DNA of 62,912 bases, filler included, from Rhabdomonas costata (taxonomy: Eukaryota), in NCBI GenBank assembly GCA_019059605.1. It is 30 parts of 30 records of this genome, joined end to end, with 100 filler letters (N's around TTAATTAATTAA, not from the genome) between each part and the next. Parts side by side here need not be neighbours in the genome. Positions count along the whole stretch, not along the records: positions 1 to 2,002 come from JAHMHO010006539.1; positions 2,103 to 4,107 come from JAHMHO010006540.1; positions 4,208 to 6,208 come from JAHMHO010006541.1; positions 6,309 to 8,310 come from JAHMHO010006542.1; positions 8,411 to 10,406 come from JAHMHO010006543.1; positions 10,507 to 12,507 come from JAHMHO010006544.1; positions 12,608 to 14,608 come from JAHMHO010006545.1; 23 more parts are not named here. One strand, 5' to 3'. Shown here one piece after another: positions 1 through 12,798 of this stretch. Position numbers and translations under genes: made by a program. Within the stretch, counting starts at the first letter, position 1. Each line of letters starts with the position of its first letter. The notes under the pieces are model-generated. The model was not told the origin of the DNA. It worked only from the letters and a program-made list of their open reading frames with translations, and ran no database searches.

Positions 1-403
1 GGGTTTGCAATAGCCTCGCTCCGCGGCCCTGAATGAAAGCAAGTGGGGGGGTGTGGTCACAGGTTGTTAGGGTTGTCATGCCAGAATTCTGTTAAAGGCC
101 CCTTCTTCCCCTAGCGATTTCATTTAAGGAAAACAGAAGCTTTTCACATAAATACACCACGGCTTTTGGTTCTCGGAGGTTCCGTCATTGGTGGATGTCG
201 GGCGTGACAGTCATGTACTTCCACACCGAAACGGTGTCATTATTATATTGCCGAACGGGTAAAGTCTCATTGCCCACCAAAGAGGAGCACAGGCGTTGCA
301 ACACCCTTCAAGGCAGTCGTTGTCTCGCTTTGCTTTGACCCCCTTGTTCTTCTTGTGTTTGTGTGCTTTCTGTGTGCCTGCGCGTGTGCAAATAGCGCGT
401 GCA

Positions 404-1387
404 GATAGATCGAGAAGTATCACGGCAATGGTGATAGGGGATAGCCCGCCCCCCAAGGGCATGTCCTCCTCCGTGGTGCGCGAGCGGTACGTCGACGTGT
501 GCTGCACTCGGGACATCCTGCAGGCCCTGCTGGGCCCCTCCCGATGGGCCCGCGGTGTGCTCTTCCGTCAGCACGGCGTACTGGCGGTGCCCCACGCTCC
601 CAACGGCAGTGGCGGCGGGAGCGAGTCCCAGAGCCCCCACGCCCCTGAAGGTGGGGTTCCCTCCGGGGTAGATTCCTTGCCGTGCTTCCCCGGCAGTCCG
701 GCAGCCAACCCCCTGGAGGGGTTGATCCAGGGCTCCGTTTTTGTTGTCGAAGGTGCCTTCCACGCTTTTTCTCCTTGCTCTTTATATTCATGGATGCAAA
801 CCCGACAACGTTTTGACTAAGTATTATCCATCATGTCACATCTCTTCCAGCCTGGTTTCTTTGCTTCATATCCGCCCGCCCGCCTTCCCGCAGTGGCTTG
901 GCACACGCTTTGCTAAACTGACTGTAAATAGATGTAAATTGTAAAGAGATTCCTTCACTGTGTGCATCACCATTTCTTTGATGTTGCACAGCGACCCGTG
1001 CGCTTTTGGTAGGACGAACGCGAGCAGAAGCTCCCTTTTTTGTTTTCTCCCATCACACCGCCATCTACGGCTTTCAGGTGGTTAACAGCACCAGCACCCT
1101 CGCACTCTTTGGGGCACCCCTAGTCTGGCCCCTCGAAACCACTTTGGGTTCTTTGGTTGCTGTCAGGAAAACCGCTCTCCCAGGGGCAGCAGAGGTGTGA
1201 GGTGTGCTGCAACAGCCCTGGCCGGCCTGTGCCCTCCAGCATCGCGGAGGTGCTTGGCGTACCCTCTCCCGGGAGCCCGAGCCCACCTGAGCCCACCGGG
1301 GTGGCGGTGGGCGAAGGAGGCCCGTGCAGCAGCGGCTCAGCGCCTACGAAACTGTACATCTGCTGGCTTCCGGAGTCCATGCTTAAG
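404..1387 (+). CDS. Probable exons of an unknown protein (fragment)
   Basis: GC-rich open segments at about 404-752 and 1184-1387, bounded by AG/GT-like sites and pyrimidine-rich flanks. No recognisable family motif. Confidence 0.3.
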
Positions 1388-1427
1388 GTTCTGGAGTGAC
1401 TTTTTGTCATTGTGTGTGTGTGTGTGT

Positions 1428-1501
1428 GTTGGGTTGGGTCCAGAGTTGCCTTCAGCTTAACGCCTAATCGAGACCAGCGCGTTAGACGGTGATATGGATT
1501 C
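1428..1501 (-). repeat. 74-bp dispersed hairpin element, copy 1
   Basis: Its reverse complement aligns ungapped to 22476-22549 at 63/74 positions. Flanked by (TG)n tracts. Confidence 0.8.
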
Positions 1502-2002
1502 GAGCCGACTTCGGTGCCTGACTTGACACCCAGCTCAGTTTGTGTGTGTGTGTGTGCACGGGGCTCGCCAGTTTCGAGAGTGCGGGCTTCAGTTACATAA
1601 CCTATTCAAGTGTATAACAATAATATTCGGCCAATGTTATCTTTCCACTGGAAATCCCCCAAAGAAAACCTCATCTCTTTCCCTGGTCCCCCTGTGGCGC
1701 CAATTTTGTCGTCCACACTAACCGCAGCTAGCCCTCAAAATAGCTGACCGGCCGTGGAAGGCCAAACTTTCGCCAACACGTCGAGTTCATCAGACATTTC
1801 TATCCGTTCACATGAGGTTATTGTCGATAAGCCAACACAACGCAACACTCCCAATATGTGCATCCTGTCAGTGTTCGTACCCATTGCGATCGATAACTGA
1901 CGTCAGTTGCACGCGCCGCGCGACATTTTTCCGTTACGCTGGACGAAAAAAAAACTCTGATGGGTTAGGTCATCAACCCCGCGCTTCTTCTGCCCCACCA
2001 CA

Positions 2003-2102
2003 NNNNNNNNNNNNNNNNNNNNNNNNNNNNNNNNNNNNNNNNNNNNTTAATTAATTAANNNNNNNNNNNNNNNNNNNNNNNNNNNNNNNNNNNNNNNNNN
2101 NN
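2003..2102. other. Artificial contig spacer N44-TTAATTAATTAA-N44 (first of 29)
   Basis: Identical 100-nt linkers with stops in all six frames start at 2003, 4108, 6209, 8311, 10407, 12508, 14609, 16717, 18818, 20919, 23028, 25130, 27231, 29331, 31438, 33539, 35639, 37739, 39827, 41927, 44027, 46124, 48223, 50324, 52424, 54521, 56620, 58716 and 60815. Confidence 0.98.
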
Positions 2103-2679
2103 TATACAAAAAAAAAAAGGAGAGAGAGCAGCAGCCACAATGAGCCGAAAATCAGCTAAGTGAAAACGTGAGGAAGTATCAAAGCGAGCAAGAGCGAGGT
2201 GGACAATATTTTGGGGTGCAGCAAGCCAATGCGCGGCTACTTAACAGCAGCTTAACTCCTGTTCGTATGTCCGAGTGAGTTGGGCTCTCAGGCTGTCGTT
2301 TGGGAAGTAAGCGGTGGTGGGGTTGCAAAAACGTCCTGTGCCAATGAGAAGCAATCTTGCACCTTTGCCTCGGTCGTGGGTTGTCACATTCACAATTGCC
2401 CGTCTGAGCTGCGGGAGAGGGTGCCTGTCGGGCTGTGTAAAAAGTAGACCTTTAGAACAAGTCGTTGATCTTGGCAATTGTGCATTTATTTTGTTTCTTC
2501 TGATAATTTAACCTCGTGCCACTAGAAATCATCGCATCCGAGAACTTTCCCGGTCAGACCACATCAAAGAAGACGGCATCTTCAACGTACACAGTTTCAA
2601 TGAAAAGTACACTGCGTTGCCTGGGACGTTCAAACACAATAAGTGAGGTGAGAACAAGACAAAACGAGTCTCCATCTGT

Positions 2680-4045
2680 CTACATCTGCCGGCGGAGCTG
2701 CTCCACTTCGCTGAGCAGTTCCGCAAGTTGGGGCGAGCTGGCGTTACCACTGTTCCCGGATGAGGGCTGCGCCATAGTTCGTGAGCTGAACTGGAACTCC
2801 AGCGCTATCCTCTGTCCCTGCCCCTGCCCCAAAGAGTGAGCAGGAGGCTCCCTGTTTTCCTCCGTGGCAACGTCTGGAGGAAGCCAGCGACGAATGCCCT
2901 TCAAGGACTTGGCCAGGGAAGCAGAGCCTGGTTCCTGGCCTGCAAGCGAAGCCCCACCAACCATAAGGAAAGCAGTGGCCCTCAGGCTAAGAGAAATAAA
3001 GACTCATGTTAGAATCAGAAACAATGTCCCTTGTTGAGCAGAAAATCAAGCATAGAAGCAAATATAAGAGTGACGCAGTGGGTGACTCGATGCAGATCTC
3101 GATACATGACATGACAGAGACATGGGATTAATTCCGGGTTTGGTCAATATTTCACGCAAAACGCAAAGGTGGACAGCGAAATTGTATGCAAAAAAAACGT
3201 CGAAAACCTGCACAACGTTAATTAACAAGAAGATCCCACAAAATAACACTTCCGCGAACGCAAACGTAAGCGGGTAAACTGCAAGACATATGCAAAAAAA
3301 AAGACCATAAAACAAAGCAAACCGGTGCGTCTCGGTCCGCTCGACGATGAAGTCACGATCTGTGAGTGTGTGTGTGTGCGGAAGAGGGAACAGAGCTTTT
3401 CTGAACTATTTCGAAATATCTGAATTGAGAGGACTCTATTAATGTGGTGAGCAGGGCCTCGAAAAGCTCAAAGGTGAACACGTGTTCTTGTTCAACCTTC
3501 GGTCAATGTCCAAACAGAGAGAAGGTGCGGGATTTCTGCAAATGAGCAACAAGGAAAGAACCCCCTCAACCCCAATACAAAGATGCAATATCAGCCGCGG
3601 GAAAGGGAGCTTCTGTGATCTGACGACTGTTTGCACAGTTCCAACAATGGCACAAAATATCTAATTGGAGCATGATGACCAAAAAGGCGCACTGGCATTA
3701 AGGGGACCTCCTATCAAGTACATTTCGGGGAACCCCCCCCCCCGCGTTAGCGGTGCATTTTACGGACCCCAGGTATTGATTTATTGAGGGTGTTGGGCGG
3801 GAGGACTCTGCCCCTTGCACATCTTGCAGATCGGAAAGCTGAGCAGTCTGGCGACCAAAGCGCCACCAAGTAGAATCAAAAAGGGAACCCCTGGTAAGCC
3901 AAACCTCAGCGTTGCCATCTTCGTCGGTCTCTTCGCTCTCTTCGCTCTCCGAGGCAGCCTTGGGGCTTGAAAAGCTGGTTGCACCGGGAGTGTACCCTGT
4001 CACGGGGACCTCATCCCGAACAATGCGCTCGGCGAAGAAAAATTC
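2680..4045 (-). CDS. Probable 3' exons of an unknown protein
   Basis: Exon-like segments at about 4045-3906 (ERIVRDEVPV...ESEESEETDEDGNAE|gt) and 2980-2680 (...LAELLSEVEQLRRQM*). No family recognised. Confidence 0.3.
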
Positions 4046-4210
4046 CTATCACAAAGGAAACAGCAAGCGAAAAAACCTGAACAAATGAAAAAGGACCACA
4101 CCACCACNNNNNNNNNNNNNNNNNNNNNNNNNNNNNNNNNNNNNNNNNNNNTTAATTAATTAANNNNNNNNNNNNNNNNNNNNNNNNNNNNNNNNNNNNN
4201 NNNNNNNTTG

Positions 4211-6107
4211 TTGGGGGGAGGAAGTACTGCAGCGCGATGGTGTCTGGCAGCCACACGGGGGCTTCGTCCTGGCCCGAGCGGGGGTTGGAGTACCCAATGA
4301 AGTGCTTCAGGGTGGCCGCAACCCGAAAGTCCTCGGAGGGGTATTTGCCTATAGTTGGAGGTGAATGGCGTGATGGCTGATCTGCGGCTCATCTCTGGGA
4401 CCTCTGATGATCCCTTGCCTTCTGTTGCTGCGCATAAGCTTGGAGTCTGCCAGCTGGGTTGATGCACATGCTCACCTCCGCAGCCCTCTGTAACGAAGAC
4501 GTCACGGGGTGCTGGTGAACCGTCCACCTGACATTGGTGGTCTTTGCCACGCACAGTCTGTCACCTGATGTACTGGGCTGCCCCTTTGGTAGTGCCTCTG
4601 TTGCTGTCACTCGGGCCTCCTGTACCTTCTCTCCTGTACCTTCCAGGGGTGCTAGGTTCTATCCAGTTGCAGCGGTTAGGCCTCCTCAACTATGCTGTGA
4701 TCCAGGCAAACCTGCAGTTTGTTGCACGGACGTGCTTGTGTGCAGCACACCACATTTCATTTGAGAAGGGCTTCTGAGCGTCGGGGGAGGGAGGCCGGCG
4801 GTGGGGGTGCACCTGGGACAGGGCCCTGCATCCCGGCAATCATCATCGCACCCATCACGGAGACCTCGTGGGGGTCCTCTCCAAACGTCTCGTAGCCCCT
4901 GGGCCACACTGGGAGACTAAGGATGTCCACATTGGGACCGAAGATCCAGTGCATCCCCTGGGGCAAGTTCATAGGTTGTGGATTGTGTGTTGTGTGTGTG
5001 GATTATCTCACACTGTTTTAACTTCCTCAATGTTAGAGAGCCAACAGGTCGCCCATCTTAATTGGAGGTTGCATATGTGAAACGGAACAAGAGCAGTCTA
5101 TTCGCACAACCCTTCGGTAAAAAATGGCGGGATGGTTGGTAGGTGGGTATGTGGGGGGACAATACAACAACCGCTGCACGAGTCTCCTTTGCAGTAATCT
5201 CCCCGCACAGCCTGAGGAGAGAGTAAAACGGTGAACATGGGGTGAGTCCTTCCCCCGCACCCAAAAAGGCAATCGCGAGTGCGCATGCCGAAAGCTAATA
5301 CTCACAACCGAATCCAACCTCGGGCAAGACCTCCCACTTCCGCGCTTCAAGACACCGCGTACAAACAGTGCAACAACGATGAGGTCCACGGCTACATCAC
5401 AGGACGATGGAGGCATACCAGCCCACTCCGAAGGCAGAGGGGCGCCAAAGGGCAACCTCGCCAAATCAGGCCGGCGCAGGAAAACCGAAAAGGAGGGAGA
5501 ATTCCGAGCTCACCCGGGAAGAGAACATTGCCATTTTGGGCAAGATTAAGGACAGGGGAAAGGGGGAGGGGTCGGTACTTAGAGCTGGTTGGGTTGAAGG
5601 TCGCGGCCAGTCCAACTTGGTGGGGGAACAGAGTGGCGTTCTGGATGTACCCCGCGCCGTGGAGAGAGTCCACCCCGAACAGGATTGGGATGTGCGGGGG
5701 GGTGGACCGCGAGACTTTCCAGATTGTGGTCATATACTCCCTCCTGCACATCGAGAGAGAGAGAGAGAGAGGGGGGTATGGTCCCCTATTTTTGAACCTT
5801 TTGAACATCGCCTAGCCGCCTCGCTTCACCGAAGGCTCCATCAATCTTTCACGGTTTAAACCTAATGTTGGCAATGATCAAACGAGAAAACCCAAGGTGC
5901 CCATTCGCCACACACACACACACGAGCGCGCTCGCTCACAAAGCGTTCAACACACCACTGGCGCAACGAAGGTGGATCGATTGGTGGCCTCAAAAGGACC
6001 TCCTGCACGCCCATCGACCGCAGAGGGGGAAGAGGCTGCGCACTCCGCAGCTGCTCCTCCACGGGGTAGCACTTGTCCGCGTCAATGCAAATCAGGATGA
6101 AGGTAGC
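4211..6107 (-). CDS. GH3 beta-glucosidase, N-terminal domain (5 exons: 6107-5956, 5743-5579, 5211-5172, 4957-4813, 4348-4211)
   Basis: In-frame GT-AG splicing gives WREYMTTI...IPILFGVDSLHGAGYIQNATLFPHQVGLAATFNP...GEITAKETRAAGMHWIFGPNVDI...WPRGYETFGEDP...VAATLKHFIGYSNP, which are classic GH3 motifs. The first exon is less certain. Confidence 0.93.
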
Positions 6108-6760
6108 CTGCGGATGGTGTGCGAAAACTGTCTGTCGTGCGCCAGACCAATCGTGGCTCCTCCCTCTCTCCACTTCACAGAGATGCGAAGGAACTTAGAA
6201 AAACAAAANNNNNNNNNNNNNNNNNNNNNNNNNNNNNNNNNNNNNNNNNNNNTTAATTAATTAANNNNNNNNNNNNNNNNNNNNNNNNNNNNNNNNNNNN
6301 NNNNNNNNGTGTTGGGTGTGGTTGGTGTGTGTGTTAGAAATATAGTGGAAGAATGAAAAAGGGTTTGAATGCGTGAAGGTGTGAAGGTGTGTGGGATTAG
6401 TGGGGTAATGTAGTGGTCAGTGAGGTAATAATGTGGGTAGGGGGGGGGGTATGTAGTGAGCAGTGAGGTAAGATAGTAGGCAGTGGGGCTATGTAGTGAA
6501 CAGTTATGGGGTAATGTTGTCGGCACCCGCTTCTCCTGCTCCGACTTTTTTGTGGCACACCTGCACGCACAACTGCTTTTTTCTGTGCTTATCCTGCTCT
6601 TCCATTCCCTCAGTTCTTCCACTCTCCTCTCTTCTCCGCTGCTGTGCCGGACTTTGGACTCTGGTCTTTCATGAATTGGGTGAGGATGGTGCTGCGGTGA
6701 GGGTGTTGTCATCAGTTGGGTTAGGATGATGCTGCGATCGTTTGAACGGGGGCTGTACAG

Positions 6761-8252
6761 CACCTGTTTGGGGACGAGCCGCCGTCGATTCCAGAGGCAC
6801 TGTACTGCGCCCGGATCGGGCGGACCGTGGAGCGGAATTTCTACAATTTCACCCCAGAGGTGGAGAACCGCTTGGCGACGTTCAGCCGACTGGTGATCGG
6901 CACGCACATCCGAGACTTCGAGTTCTTCATCTACGCCGAGAATGACATGGTGCGGCCAGCGCTTTCCTTTTCGCCTGCCACCTGCAGGGCATCAGAACGC
7001 TTTGACCTCCCCCAACTGGCGGATCTTTTATTTCTCACGCAGGGTGTCCCCGATGTGCTGGAGGATCCGCACGAGGGCCTTGCGGGCCTGCAAAGGAGTT
7101 GTCGGGGAGGGCTAGCTGGCTTGCTGTCGGCGTCTTGCAAATGCCTCAATTGTAAACTTTGCTAGTTCCGGTGTGAAAACGAGAAAACAAACACACGGGC
7201 AAGACTCGTGGAGTTGCTTTTGTAAATGATCTGAAGGTGGTGGTGGTGGGGTTAAGTACACTGCGATGGCGCTGCATATTGCAGGCAGACAACCAGCACC
7301 GGCCTCGCCAAAAGTGGTGGTATTTGTGAACCGAAGCATGATTGTGCTGATCACCAGCAGGTGCTCCTCCTGCAAGTAAAGAAGCCCATACAAATTGCCT
7401 TCGCGTCTCCCTCCTCCTCCCACAACACAACATTCAACTCCACCACGCGCTGCTTTTCCTGTGGGAAACCGCGCTGCTGCCAGGGGACTACCTCCCTGGG
7501 CTACAGCGGTACGTCTACCACGAGGGCAAGATGACCACCCCGGCGGTGGAGTACGTTGCATGGCAGGGCAGCGATGTCACGGTGATCCACGTCGACGGGC
7601 GATGGTACAACCACCCCGTTAATCCCCACCAGGTAGGGCTGCCCTACCCGACAGAAGGCAGGCTGCGGTGATCGGTGGCTTTCTTTCGCGTACAAACCTA
7701 TTCAAACTCGTGTAGTTTCCCAGTCGCCCGAGCGTTAGTGGAGGGCACCGTCGATCGAACAGCACCAGTTAAAGAGTTTGCGGTACGGTTGCAACACATC
7801 ATGACGAAACTTGGTAAGGGACAGGATGCGTATAATATGCGTTGAACATCAAGGGTGTTGATGTCGCTTGTGGTGGTGGGGTCGCTTGGCCACAATTTCG
7901 GCACCACATTGGTTAACCCCCCTGCCCCGGAAAAGTAACGGAAAACAAAAAACGACGTGACAATGGGGTGGACTCCTTCTTGGTGCTTAACAGATGTGCT
8001 GTCCAAAAAATGGCCCTAGCTCGAAATTGCTACTGCTATGTGTCCATCCTTGCCAGTCATCCTGACCGGCATCCCCTCCCTCCTGTACAGTCCCACTTCA
8101 TGCTGACGCGGCAGCAGGTGGAGGCCCTGGCCCAGCGGTGTGGTTTCCTGGACACCTCCCGGACGGCCTGCAACCCGCTTTACCTGCGGGAGTTCATGAG
8201 CAGCCTGCAGATCTTCGGAGACTTCCTGTGCCCGGCCTGCAACCTCACCAAG
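6761..8252 (+). CDS. Uncharacterised glycosyltransferase-like protein (exons 6761-6949, 7484-7632, 8091-8252; a middle exon is needed to keep phase)
   Basis: FEFFIYAENDM (DxD-like), DYLPGLQRY and NPHQ|SHFMLTRQQV. GC-rich exons with AG/GT ends. The function is inferred. Confidence 0.55.
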
Positions 8253-9607
8253 GTGGCCCCCTTCACACTCCCGCACACACACACGGGCAAACGACCACAC
8301 TCCGGCCAGCNNNNNNNNNNNNNNNNNNNNNNNNNNNNNNNNNNNNNNNNNNNNTTAATTAATTAANNNNNNNNNNNNNNNNNNNNNNNNNNNNNNNNNN
8401 NNNNNNNNNNGGTTTGGGGTTGCCGACCAAGTCGAGCCTTGCCTTTTTATTCTTGTGATTTCGCAATTCCGTTTTGCCTTCTCGCTGCAACCTTGATATG
8501 TCTCCAGGGATGCTATTATTACTCCGTTTGTCGGAGTCGGTTTTGTTTGGAGTTGTATTTTCGGAGCTTCCGTCCTGAAGTGTGTGTGTGTGTGTGTGAT
8601 TGTTTTCGAGTTTCCCGGTGCATCCACCCATCTTTCATTTTTTTCCGCACATATTCACACAAAATTTTTACGCTCACTTTTCACACACAAACGCACACAC
8701 AGACAATACCAGACACTCGTCTCATTTTCGCGTAGTTTTCGATGTTTGAAGAATATTGGGTTTGAGCGAGGGGATGGTTGCGGTGTTGCAATTTTCAAAT
8801 CGTCAGTTGCGGGCCTCAGTGTATGACTGCATGCCAGTCGGTTTTTTTCAGAATGAGCCACGAAGTCCAAGCCTTTAGAAGGTTCAGAAGGTTCAGGATC
8901 GCGTCGTGGAGGATGAGGTGTTTCGCGTCGTGGAAGCTTTGTGGGCTTGATACAGTAATCATTGAGCTTGATGTGCTAATCGCTGCGTGTCACTTTGCAT
9001 CATCCGGTGAGACTGTGAAGAGCGTTTTCTTCGAATAAATGGTTTTGTTTGCACAGATAAGGTTCACCGCTCAATTTCTTTCGCCGTTCGCCCGTCCATT
9101 CTATCCGCCGAGGCTGGGCCCGGGTCCTTCGAAATGCCTGTGTCCGATCCCCGGTCTGTAGACTTCCGGTACTGCTTTTTGGCATTGCCATACATTTTTA
9201 GGTGTTTTGTCGGATAAAGCTGTGTTTTGGTCATTGCCGCAGACCCAATCTAACTGAATTCATTTGAATTTTCCTGTTGGCATTTTTCCACACTCAAACA
9301 AATGGGAACAGTGGGAGCTGTCCCTGTGGATCGGAGCAGCTTATTTCTGTGGCGGTTCTGCTGTGATGTCATCCAAATTCAATTGTTCTTCGCCATGCAG
9401 AGGATTTTTTTCGTTTCGACGCAAGGTTTGTGCTTGGCAATTTACCTTTCATCTGTTGTATCATGACTAATGTAGAAGAATATGCGAATGTCGGAGAACA
9501 GCATTGCACCCCTCCTTAGCTTTGGGCAACCACTCTTCTGTTGCTGTTAAGTCGTGCACCCCCTCCCCCAGTTGGTGTGAATTCGTAATTCTGCCTTTTC
9601 TCTACAG

Positions 9608-9951
9608 CTCCGCAAGTGCCTCTGGATCTCTGGAGAAGTCTTCCCCAGTCCTTCTCGCGGAAAGCTGTGGCTCACTCTCCACGACTCCTGCCCTGCGGGT
9701 GTACATCGTGGATGATAACCCGGTGAACCTACTAGTCCTGCAGAAGATCCTCTCTATGGTTCTGGTGTGCGAGGTGAAGTGCTACGACAGCGCTGAGGCG
9801 TTCTTGGCAGAGCTGGCCAAGGAGCCGCCCAGGCCCACCCCCCACTACCGGGAGATGCTCTTCACCGATATACAGATGCCCCAGATGAGTGGCCTGGAGC
9901 TTGCCTCGGCACTCAGAGTGTCGCACTCGGTCACTGACTTGCCCATCATTG
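9608..9951 (+). CDS. Response-regulator receiver (REC) domain exon
   Basis: LRVYIVDDNPVNLLVLQKIL...MLFTDIQMPQMSGLEL...LPII shows the DD pair and the phosphoacceptor D-x-x-MP. Bounded by tacag and gtaga. Confidence 0.9.
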
Positions 9952-10509
9952 GTAGACGCATCCCTACACCTTTCTGCACCTTTCTGTCCCTTGTAAATTG
10001 GATAGGGCATTGCTTTCAGGATTGCACACCAGGCTCACGCGGGGAGCACATCAGATACTCGGCTCACTCAACAGATTTTCCCCCATGAGGCTCCGCTTTT
10101 CAGTCAAAAAAAGGCCAAAAAAAAGTCGTCTTCATTTGATGTGAAAGGCTTCAGTTGCCCTGGTAGTTGCCATTACTCGGGGCGCGTTAGCGAAAGCAGC
10201 ATGTCTGCTGAACGTTTGCAGCGATGCAGCGATTTTCTGATTGGTTCCACTTCCCATTGGCTGTGGTGCTTTTTGCTAACGTTTGAATAGAAAAAGGGTG
10301 TCCTCTTCCAAATATAGATGAAAGGTGCAATAATCAGAATGAGATACGAACGAGCGAATATAGGGCTTGTGTGCATCGTATTGTTCTTCCCTGTCACACC
10401 CACCACNNNNNNNNNNNNNNNNNNNNNNNNNNNNNNNNNNNNNNNNNNNNTTAATTAATTAANNNNNNNNNNNNNNNNNNNNNNNNNNNNNNNNNNNNNN
10501 NNNNNNTGT

Positions 10510-12507
10510 GGTGGGGAACAAAGCCCTTTGAGAGAATAAGATCAATGGCCAGAGTGTAGCTCCCCGCTATGACGGGCGTGTACGTGAAAGTCACCGCCAG
10601 GTTCGAGCCTACGCCAATTATGCCCATCACGGTGTCTGGCCCCTCCAAAGTGGCATACGCGAACAACACATCCTTCAGCACCTTGGCGTGCTCGAAGTGC
10701 ACAGCGAAGCTCGCGGGCTGCCCTGAGGTGAGCAAAGAAAACCACATTCTGGTGCAAAGTGTGCACTGCCATTGCAGTCAACTTGTCAAATGGGCCCCAG
10801 CATTCGAACCAAAATCCCCCCCCCTTCCTTTCTCCACGTTGAGGCCAACTACGTGTGTATAATCAATCAACTGGAAGGAGTGTCAACAGCGGGGGTTGGG
10901 AAAAAAAAGGAAAAAGGAAAGTTTGGCAAAGTAATGCGGCCAAACTATTGGCGTCCGCAAAGAGCCATCCTGGGCATCCTTTTTTTAAAAAAAGGAATTG
11001 TCCCGGCACTGGGGCACAGGCACAAGTGTTCGTGAAGAGTCCGGGGTGCAACACAAAAAACAAATTACAAGAAGGAACGCGTGAGAGATTTGCAGGGGAA
11101 AACCAAACACAAAAGAAACAAAGACTATAATAATAATAGCCTTCATTCAAAATAAAATGGGGTTATCGTCTCTTGAGATTGGGCATGTGCGAATCCACCT
11201 CTTCTGTGAATGATGCACCGCTTTGTATTGTACATGGGGGAAAACAAGGACTTTGAAGGGTGTCTTCTTCTGCCCTTCTGGCGCACCTGTAACGGCACGA
11301 AGATGACCAGTCCCAGTATAGTTCACCCACAACCTCTGCCCTCGTTCCCTGAAGGGCTTCGAGTAATGCTCCAGAGAAGGAACGTAGGACTGCAGCACTC
11401 CCGGGTTCGGGGCAGAAGCGTCCGCCACAGGATTTTCGAGGGGGCACAAGTGCATGCCACTGCGGATATCCAACTTCGACGCATTCCTGCAGTAGTTGGG
11501 GCATTCACCTTGACGGTGTTCCAGGATGACCCGGGGCGCTTCCTCTGACGTCGGCATGTGGTTGAAGCACTGCAACTCTGGTCGCGGAGTCGCGAAAAAC
11601 GGAAGAAACCACTTCCGGCAGTCGGTGCACACCCGCAGGGGGTGCGTGGCGAACATCGCATCCCGCTCTGCCGTATCGCGCTGCCTTCGTAGTCCCGCTG
11701 GTTTCAGCCCAAGGGCAACGTTAAAGGTCATCTGAGCCAACATATCGGTGACAATGCCACGGACCGACATCTGAGTGACTTCGTTCCAAGGGTGGACTTC
11801 GTGCCAATGAAGAGACATCGGCCCCACCCCCCATTCCTTGTATCGATACCATGGCAAAACGATGTCCAGGAGATCCACAAAATGCACATGCCGCCCGAAG
11901 GCCTCAGCCAGCATGGCGGCCATCCTTTCCACAGGAATCGGAGGCAGATTGCCATATTCAGCAACAGTCCGGAAGCTCATGACAACAACCTCACCTGGAA
12001 AGTCCTCGGGGATGGCCAACAGCTTAGCAGCAACCGAAGCCTCGGTGATACCAAACGGGCACCAATCGATAACCAGCGAAGTCGGTGGCCCCCAAGGGTC
12101 CCGCAGCAAGTTGGGGACAATTTGGGTGGTGTTGAACTCAAGCTGGGAGTAATTGGAGGAGTACAGAGCATTCTTGGAATAGCTGCACAATCTGAACGAG
12201 TGTTGCCTCAAGCCCATGGAGCGATGACTGACAAAGATAGCCCGGATGTCCACGTAAGATAGGCGAACGTTGCCAAGTTGTACGTCCATCCTTCCCCAGC
12301 ACTTGTGCAGAGTGTCCAGACCAGCACCCAACCGATTGATCAGCAGGTCCACGGCGCTCAGAAACACCCCGCGGATTTTACTGGACCCGATGTAAACGAT
12401 CCACTGGCGCTTCTGGCTCTCCACCAAGCTTAGGAGCTCGTCGTGGTTCCATGTCTGGTAGTGGCACTGCTCAGGACGAAACACATACCCCCATCGCAGG
12501 CACTCCT
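10510..12507 (-). CDS. SGNH/PC-esterase (NXPE/TBL-like) domain followed by a filamin/Ig-like repeat (exons 12507-11287 and 10722-10510)
   Basis: Long open exon with YVFRPEQCHY...WIVYIGSSKIRG (a GDS-like block). A phase-1 GT-AG intron at 11286-10723 joins GTGHLRAVT to GQPASFAV...LEGPD...YTPVIAGSYTLAI (filamin repeat). Confidence 0.7.
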
Positions 12508-12798
12508 NNNNNNNNNNNNNNNNNNNNNNNNNNNNNNNNNNNNNNNNNNNNTTAATTAATTAANNNNNNNNNNNNNNNNNNNNNNNNNNNNNNNNNNNNN
12601 NNNNNNNGATGTCTTGCTGTCGGCTAGAAGGATGTCATTATGGGTTTCAGGCTCGTCGGTTGATTTTGGATTTTGGCCTGCCTTTCTTGCCTTTTCGGGG
12701 ATTGCCCTGTTCCTGTCCACACCGTTATAGGGGTGTGCTTTCTGAACCTGTGAATGACGAGGAGGCGCTGGTTTCCCTTTTTTTCTTCCCTGCCTCAG

